Positions 59,221 to 64,000 of a DNA stretch of 64,000 nt are shown here, in pieces. The notes beneath the pieces were generated by a model. It saw only the letters and a list, made by a program, of their open reading frames with translations. It had not been told where the DNA came from and made no database searches. Made by a program: the position numbers and the translations under genes. Origin of the DNA: Alphaproteobacteria bacterium (GTDB lineage Bacteria; Pseudomonadota; Alphaproteobacteria; Bin95); contig CBFIAF010000004.1 in assembly GCA_965660545.1 (NCBI GenBank), forward strand, positions 76,655 through 140,654, read 5' to 3'. Position 1 is the stretch's first letter, and every line of letters starts with the position of its first letter.

Positions 59221-59568
59221 TCAGTCTCCATCTGGGTAGAAAATAGCATCAATGCTGAGCGCTGCCAGCCGGTCATAATCAACAAATACGGCGGCTAGAG
59301 ATTTTTCTTCTGCATTCAGTCGAACAACGAACACCGCTGTTTCAAATGACCTTCCAGTGCCATTGAGGCTGCAGTGAACCGTGTAGCGCAGCTTTTCGCC
59401 TCGCTCGCGAGGCTCGGCATAATCGTAGATTAAAAGTCCCCGCGCGCTCCAGGCGCGCAGAGAATATTCTCGCCCACCAATTTTAGCGGCTGCGTCTGGC
59501 GCTTCGAGCCTGTCTTCGAGACTACGGGGAATTCTTCGTGCGTTGGCGTCCATGTCAGAAGCCTTCAC
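59221..59568 (-). CDS. Probable PilZ-domain protein (degenerate motif)
   Basis: RxxxR (RRIPR) followed 23 residues later by AWSARG in place of the D/NxSxxG position. 115 aa, a typical PilZ size. Confidence 0.4.
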   Translation of the reverse strand: MKASDMDANARRIPRSLEDRLEAPDAAAKIGGREYSLRAWSARGLLIYDYAEPRERGEKLRYTVHCSLNGTGRSFETAVFVVRLNAEEKSLAAVFVDYDRLAALSIDAIFYPDGD

Positions 59569-59618
59569 TCACTCTAGTTTCCCCAACTTTATGCGGCCGG
59601 ACATAACGCGCCTCAGAT

Positions 59619-60107
59619 TTGGCACCACGTGCTAATATCTCTAGGTCGAATCGCCAAGCCGAAAGACGAGGGCTTAAGTTGTCGCAACTACCTAACATCT
59701 TGGCCGAGCTTCTAGGCGGCGAATGGGCGGACCATCGCCGCGGGCAATCCTTGGCGGAAGCCAGCATGGCCGCCGCCGTTCTCGTGGCGACCGCTGAAGG
59801 TGACGTGAGTTTTACTGAGCGCGCATTGATCGATCAAGCCATTAATGCGCTTTCAGACCTTGGTGCGATTTCCACCCAAGACGCAGCGGCACTGTTCAAT
59901 AAATTCGTTGACGGCACTCGTGCGAATAGCAGCCAGGGTCGCCGCCAAGCGCTGGATGCTCTGGCCAGAATTGAAGGCATTGCTGAGGCTGCAACCATCG
60001 TGCTGCGCATTGCAGATGCCGTTGCAAGTGCTGATGGCTCAGCCTCTGCCGCTAAAATCACTGTAGTACAAGATATCGCAGCGGCACTAAACACAGCGGC
60101 TTCTTAG
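59619..60107 (+). CDS. TerB-like (tellurite-resistance TerB family) protein
   Basis: All-alpha TerB-like sequence (AEASMAAAVLVATAEGDVSFTERALIDQAINAL...). The start codon is uncertain. Confidence 0.55.
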   Translation: MAPRANISRSNRQAERRGLKLSQLPNILAELLGGEWADHRRGQSLAEASMAAAVLVATAEGDVSFTERALIDQAINALSDLGAISTQDAAALFNKFVDGTRANSSQGRRQALDALARIEGIAEAATIVLRIADAVASADGSASAAKITVVQDIAAALNTAAS

Positions 60108-61339
60108 GAGTACTTACGCCGGTCAACCAAAGCCACGCCATCATTGATCAGCTTTTCAATCTCATCAGCGCTGATACCAGCTTCCTCCAGAACCGCCCGC
60201 GTGGCAGAGCCAAACTTCGGCGGGGCAGAGCGCGCGCCACCCGGTGTACGAGATAGCTTCGCCTGAACGCCAAGCGCACCATATCCATCATCAGCACCAA
60301 CGCGCATCTGTCGGGAGATTGTGTGCGGGTGCTCCATTACATCGGGGATCGTATTGACAGGCCCCGCCGGAACGCCCTTTTGCAGAAGCCCCAATGCCAG
60401 CGGCTCGCATTCATATTGCGCCAGTTTATCTGCCAGCAACGCTTTTAGTACGTCACGGTTTGATGACCGGTCGGCATTGTTCTTAAAGCGCAGGTCATCT
60501 GCCAGTTCAGGCGCATCAATCGCATCAGCCAGCCGTTTGAACTGACCATTGTTGCCAATGGCCAAGAACAGGTCTTTGTCCTTCGTTGGGAACACGTCAT
60601 AGGGATAGACGTTCGGATGGGCGTTGCCGGTAATGACGGGCGGCTTACCGCTCATCAGGTAGTTATTCCCTTGCGGATGTAGCAGTGCCACGGCGCTGTC
60701 ATATAGGGTGATATCCAGGAACTGCCCCTTGCCTGATTTACCACGCTCCAAAAGCGCCATCAGGATCGCGATGGCGGCATTCAGGCCCGTACCCATGTCC
60801 ACCATTGGCGTGCCGACGCGGACTGGGCCAGATTCTGGCGAACCGTTGACGCTCATCATGCCCGACATTGCTTGAATCACGGCGTCATAGCCTGGAAAGC
60901 CACCGAGCGGCCCATCTGAACCGAAACCGGTTACGCGACAATGGACGAGCAGCGGATAGCGCTCCGCCAGAAAGTCTTTGTAGCCGAGACCCCATCTCTC
61001 CAGCGTGCCTGGCTTGAAGTTCTCAATCAGAACATCCGCGTCCTCGAGCAGCTTACCAAGCACAGCTTTTCCGGCCTCGCTGGAGAGATCAAGGCCGATA
61101 GAGCGCTTATTGCGGTTGACGCCCTGGTAATACGCACTCTCGCCATCATCGTTGAATGGAGGGCCCCAATCCCGTGTTTCATCGCCCTGAGGTGGCTCGA
61201 CCTTGATCACTTCCGCGCCATGGTCGGCAAGGATCATCGTGCAATACGGCCCACCCAGAACGCGGGTGAGGTCAATAACCTTATACCCGGCAAGGGCGCC
61301 ACCGCTCATGGTTGCGAATGGGGAACTATCAGGAGACAT
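60104..61339 (-). CDS. CaiB/BaiF family III CoA-transferase
   Basis: LAGYKVIDLTRVLGGPYCTMILADHGAEVIKVEPP family signature. The start is set at the ATG at 61339 rather than the ORF start at 61447. Confidence 0.8.
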   Translation of the reverse strand: MSPDSSPFATMSGGALAGYKVIDLTRVLGGPYCTMILADHGAEVIKVEPPQGDETRDWGPPFNDDGESAYYQGVNRNKRSIGLDLSSEAGKAVLGKLLEDADVLIENFKPGTLERWGLGYKDFLAERYPLLVHCRVTGFGSDGPLGGFPGYDAVIQAMSGMMSVNGSPESGPVRVGTPMVDMGTGLNAAIAILMALLERGKSGKGQFLDITLYDSAVALLHPQGNNYLMSGKPPVITGNAHPNVYPYDVFPTKDKDLFLAIGNNGQFKRLADAIDAPELADDLRFKNNADRSSNRDVLKALLADKLAQYECEPLALGLLQKGVPAGPVNTIPDVMEHPHTISRQMRVGADDGYGALGVQAKLSRTPGGARSAPPKFGSATRAVLEEAGISADEIEKLINDGVALVDRRKYS

Positions 61340-61358
61340 TTTATAACTTTCTCGGACC

Positions 61359-61793
61359 TTAATCGGTTGGACGACCCACGACCCAAAGATAGCCATCGGG
61401 ATCAAACATATAGGCCTCACGCAAGCCATGGCCCTTATCGAGCGCACCGGCGAAGATCACATCGCCCCGCGCCCGAGCGCGCGCTTCAGCAGCATCGGGG
61501 TCCATATTGTGCAGGCGCAATTCTACGCCTACGCCCCGATGCGCGCCCTCAGCTAAGCTGCCGTGAATTGGATGGCTGTCATATGTGTGATCTGCATGCA
61601 GAGTCCACTCCGCCCCCTGGGCACGCATGAACGCAAAGTCCGGGTCGGCATAGAAGGCTTCAGCTTCCAGTACCTCTGTCGCAAACGCAACGGCTACTGG
61701 TACATCCTGCACCAAAAGGTTCACGCCAAACCCTTTCAGGGACTTGCTATAAGCATCCGCTGGCATCCAGGGGTCGCCTTCGTGCTTCTTCAT
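61359..61793 (-). CDS. VOC (glyoxalase/bleomycin-resistance/dioxygenase) family protein
   Basis: 144 aa with a paired beta-alpha-beta-beta-beta module signature. Overlaps the upstream gene stop by 4 nt. Confidence 0.65.
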   Translation of the reverse strand: MKKHEGDPWMPADAYSKSLKGFGVNLLVQDVPVAVAFATEVLEAEAFYADPDFAFMRAQGAEWTLHADHTYDSHPIHGSLAEGAHRGVGVELRLHNMDPDAAEARARARGDVIFAGALDKGHGLREAYMFDPDGYLWVVGRPTD

Positions 61794-62467
61794 TTCGGCA
61801 CATGCCTTCCGTCTTTAGTTGGTGTGCCAGTGATGCGGATGCCAGCACCGTCAATGCCATAGCGGCGGTTCACCTGAATGATCAGCGACGTCATCGCCTC
61901 CGCCGCTGCAGAATTCGCAAGGGGGCCAACATGCCATCCTCGCAGGCCTGCGTCTGCAACCAGATCAATCACTGTCTGGCGCGCCGCAACTTTATCGCCA
62001 GCAACCAGTACATCGCATTCCAGATCTGCGGACGACTTGAGCTTATCAGCCGCAACATTCTGGAAAGCCGAAACAACGGTCACGCCTTCGCCAAGCACCT
62101 TCTGCGCATTAACAGCGGCAGACCCACCTTCTGGTAGCTGCACAGTGCCAACTTTGGGCGGCATGAGCGGGACAGTTGCGTCGATCAGAATCTTGCCCTC
62201 AAGCCCAGCACGGGAGGCTTCCAATGTGCCGAGCTGATTGGCATAGGGAACGGTGATCGCAACGATATCTGCAGCCGCCGCCGCAGCCAGATTCTCTAAG
62301 CCTTTAACGTCAAAGTCTGCCAGGTCAGCCGCGGCTGCTTCCGCTTTCTCAGTGGTGCGGGAGCCGATGATGACTGTGTGGCCAGCTTTCGCCCAGCGTC
62401 GGGCAAGGCCTGTGCCAAGATCGCCAGTGCCGCCAAGGATCGCGATAATTTGGGGGGTCGATGTCAT
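61790..62467 (-). CDS. NADPH-dependent F420 reductase-like / NADP oxidoreductase (Rossmann, ProC-like)
   Basis: N-terminal IAILGGTGDLGTGLARRWAKAGHTVIIGSR dinucleotide-binding motif typical of the npdG/F420-dependent NADP oxidoreductase family. Confidence 0.65.
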   Translation of the reverse strand: MTSTPQIIAILGGTGDLGTGLARRWAKAGHTVIIGSRTTEKAEAAAADLADFDVKGLENLAAAAAADIVAITVPYANQLGTLEASRAGLEGKILIDATVPLMPPKVGTVQLPEGGSAAVNAQKVLGEGVTVVSAFQNVAADKLKSSADLECDVLVAGDKVAARQTVIDLVADAGLRGWHVGPLANSAAAEAMTSLIIQVNRRYGIDGAGIRITGTPTKDGRHVPK

Positions 62468-62473
62468 GCTGTG

Positions 62474-63997
62474 CTAACTTTCCATTCCGAAATCAAAAAT
62501 ACCGGCACCCGTCGGCGCGCTCGGCGTGATGGCACCGGAGACTGCCGCGGGATTTAGAGCCAGGATACCCCCCGCGTCCAGTCCGCCAAGGGATAATATT
62601 TGTGTCACGACCCGCTCTGTCTCATCTTTGCCAAGCAGGGGTTCGGCAAATCGTGTGAATTTGTTGACATAGTCAGCTTCTTGCCATGGTGCTGCGCCAT
62701 TCGGGTGCGCATCAGCAGCTGCCTTCGCAAAGTTCAGGACTTCGCCAGATTTAAGCGTCAATTCCAACCGGCCGCCATAAGCACGTTTGCTCGGGTCATC
62801 AGCGTGATATCGGCGCGTCCATTCATCGTCGAGGCTTGTGTCAATGCGGTTCCATAAAGCCACTGTACTCTCACGGCCCGCCCGTTCCGGCGAGTAACTC
62901 GCTTCATGGTCCCAAGCACCGTCTTCCAGCGCTACTGCGAGGATATACATGATGGAGTGATCCAAGGTTTCCCTGCTGGCCTTGGGATCCATTTTTTGCG
63001 GATCATTCGCGCCCGTGCCAATCACGAAATGCGTGTGGTCAGACGTATGCAAGACAGCCCGGTCGATTGATGAGGGGTTAACGGCAACGCGGGCTTCAAA
63101 TGCCAGGTCTATGATAGCTTGCGCCTGATATTCCGCCGAGTGGGCTTTCGGGAAGGTCTCCAAAATTCCAGCGGGTGGCGCGCCACGGATTGGGAGTCGT
63201 ACGGTGTATTGCGCATCCTTTCCGGCAAGCATCCAAGGGATGATTGAATCTTCGCCTTCGTAGACCGGATTCGGTGCACCCTCCCCCCGCATAGCCCGAT
63301 CAAGCGCTTCAATAGCGATCTTTCCCGCCTGCGCTGGAGCATACGCTTTCCAGGAGCTGATATCGCCCTTACGCGATTGCCGCGTGGCAAAACTCAGGTG
63401 GACCGCCTGATTAATAGCCTCATAGATCACACGGGGTGCTACCCCCATGAGCGCCCCCCCACCCGCTGCGATCGCCGGCGCTAAGTGAGCGACGTGGTCT
63501 TTCTTGAAAGAATGCAGATCAATCGCACGAACCAGCGCCACGTGGATTTCATAGGCAATGGCAATTGCCCGCGTGAGTGCGGCGCCGCTCCGACCGGTTT
63601 GCTGGGCCAAGGCCAATAGGGGCGCTATGCAATCACTTGGGTGGGCAAAGTCAGCGGCAAGATAGGTGTCGTTGTAATCCAGTTCCCGGACAGCAACGCC
63701 ATTGGCGAAACCTGCCCATTCGCAATCGACATAAATATTCTGGCTCAGCCCGAGCAATGCTGCACCACCGGCCCGCGGGTGCGCCAACGCCATTGCCCGG
63801 GCTGATGCGACGGGTCCGCGATTGATCGCTGCCAAACCCACGGCAAAACTGTCGAGCACCCGCAGCCGCACCATCTGGCTAATGTCTGGTGGAATATCTG
63901 GCGTGGATGCGGCCCAAGCGGCCATGCGTCCAGCCAACTGTTCTTCCCAATGGGGGTTTTCGCTCGAAGAAAGTGCGCGGATTGTGTAATCTGGCAT
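62474..63997 (-). CDS. MmgE/PrpD family protein (2-methylcitrate dehydratase-like)
   Basis: 507 aa with MmgE/PrpD N- and C-domain similarity throughout. Confidence 0.75.
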   Translation of the reverse strand: MPDYTIRALSSSENPHWEEQLAGRMAAWAASTPDIPPDISQMVRLRVLDSFAVGLAAINRGPVASARAMALAHPRAGGAALLGLSQNIYVDCEWAGFANGVAVRELDYNDTYLAADFAHPSDCIAPLLALAQQTGRSGAALTRAIAIAYEIHVALVRAIDLHSFKKDHVAHLAPAIAAGGGALMGVAPRVIYEAINQAVHLSFATRQSRKGDISSWKAYAPAQAGKIAIEALDRAMRGEGAPNPVYEGEDSIIPWMLAGKDAQYTVRLPIRGAPPAGILETFPKAHSAEYQAQAIIDLAFEARVAVNPSSIDRAVLHTSDHTHFVIGTGANDPQKMDPKASRETLDHSIMYILAVALEDGAWDHEASYSPERAGRESTVALWNRIDTSLDDEWTRRYHADDPSKRAYGGRLELTLKSGEVLNFAKAAADAHPNGAAPWQEADYVNKFTRFAEPLLGKDETERVVTQILSLGGLDAGGILALNPAAVSGAITPSAPTGAGIFDFGMES

Positions 63998-64000
63998 CAG

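Noticed and set aside
1-64000. CRISPR arrays or other tandem DNA repeats
   Set aside because: No spaced direct repeats were seen. The low-complexity Ala/Glu-rich stretch at about 47000-47550 is coding linker sequence inside the decaheme gene, not a DNA repeat array.

Overview
This is a GC-rich chromosomal segment with alphaproteobacterial character. The calls supporting that are the murU-like/addB/addA/trxA synteny, a NDUFA9-like gene, an IalB homologue and alphaproteobacterial-style MnmA. Most of the window is ordinary housekeeping and catabolic content. DNA repair: addAB and an Ada-like AraC-MGMT fusion. Acyl-CoA and propionate-type metabolism: PrpE-like ligase, MaoC hydratases, SDR, CaiB/BaiF CoA-transferases and a PrpD-family protein. 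Also hydantoinase B plus D-aminoacylase, RlmI, MnmA, TadA, InfA, a CspA-type cold-shock gene and two tRNAs (Met-CAT and Glu-TTC). The stand-out region is a tightly packed 7-gene plus-strand operon at 42.4-52.7 kb that ends in a clear rho-independent terminator. It encodes a periplasmic tetraheme cytochrome c, a cytoplasmic protein fusing two cNMP-binding domains to a four-cluster [4Fe-4S] ferredoxin module, and a His-rich polytopic membrane protein. These are followed by a membrane-anchored roughly decaheme cytochrome c with a Cys-rich N-terminal region, a pentaheme cytochrome c with a large heme-free C-terminal domain, an outer-membrane beta-barrel, and a membrane-anchored FNR-type flavoprotein with a C-terminal [2Fe-2S] domain. 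Together they look like an undescribed envelope-spanning redox conduit (porin-cytochrome-like) that carries its own cytoplasmic NAD(P)H/FeS entry module and a possible cyclic-nucleotide sensor. Directly upstream lies a PilZ-signature ORF. Other notable items: an in-frame fusion of an MMPL/RND transporter with a LolA-like periplasmic protein that keeps an internal RBS and signal peptide; two adjacent multi-frameshift pseudogenes (FAD oxidoreductase, amidase); an orphan RTX-repeat C-terminal fragment; a decayed IS transposase remnant beside tRNA-Glu; a small OM beta-barrel gene broken by an in-frame TAA; and an Hpt-like N-terminal remnant next to ada. No CRISPR array, intact prophage or rRNA was seen.
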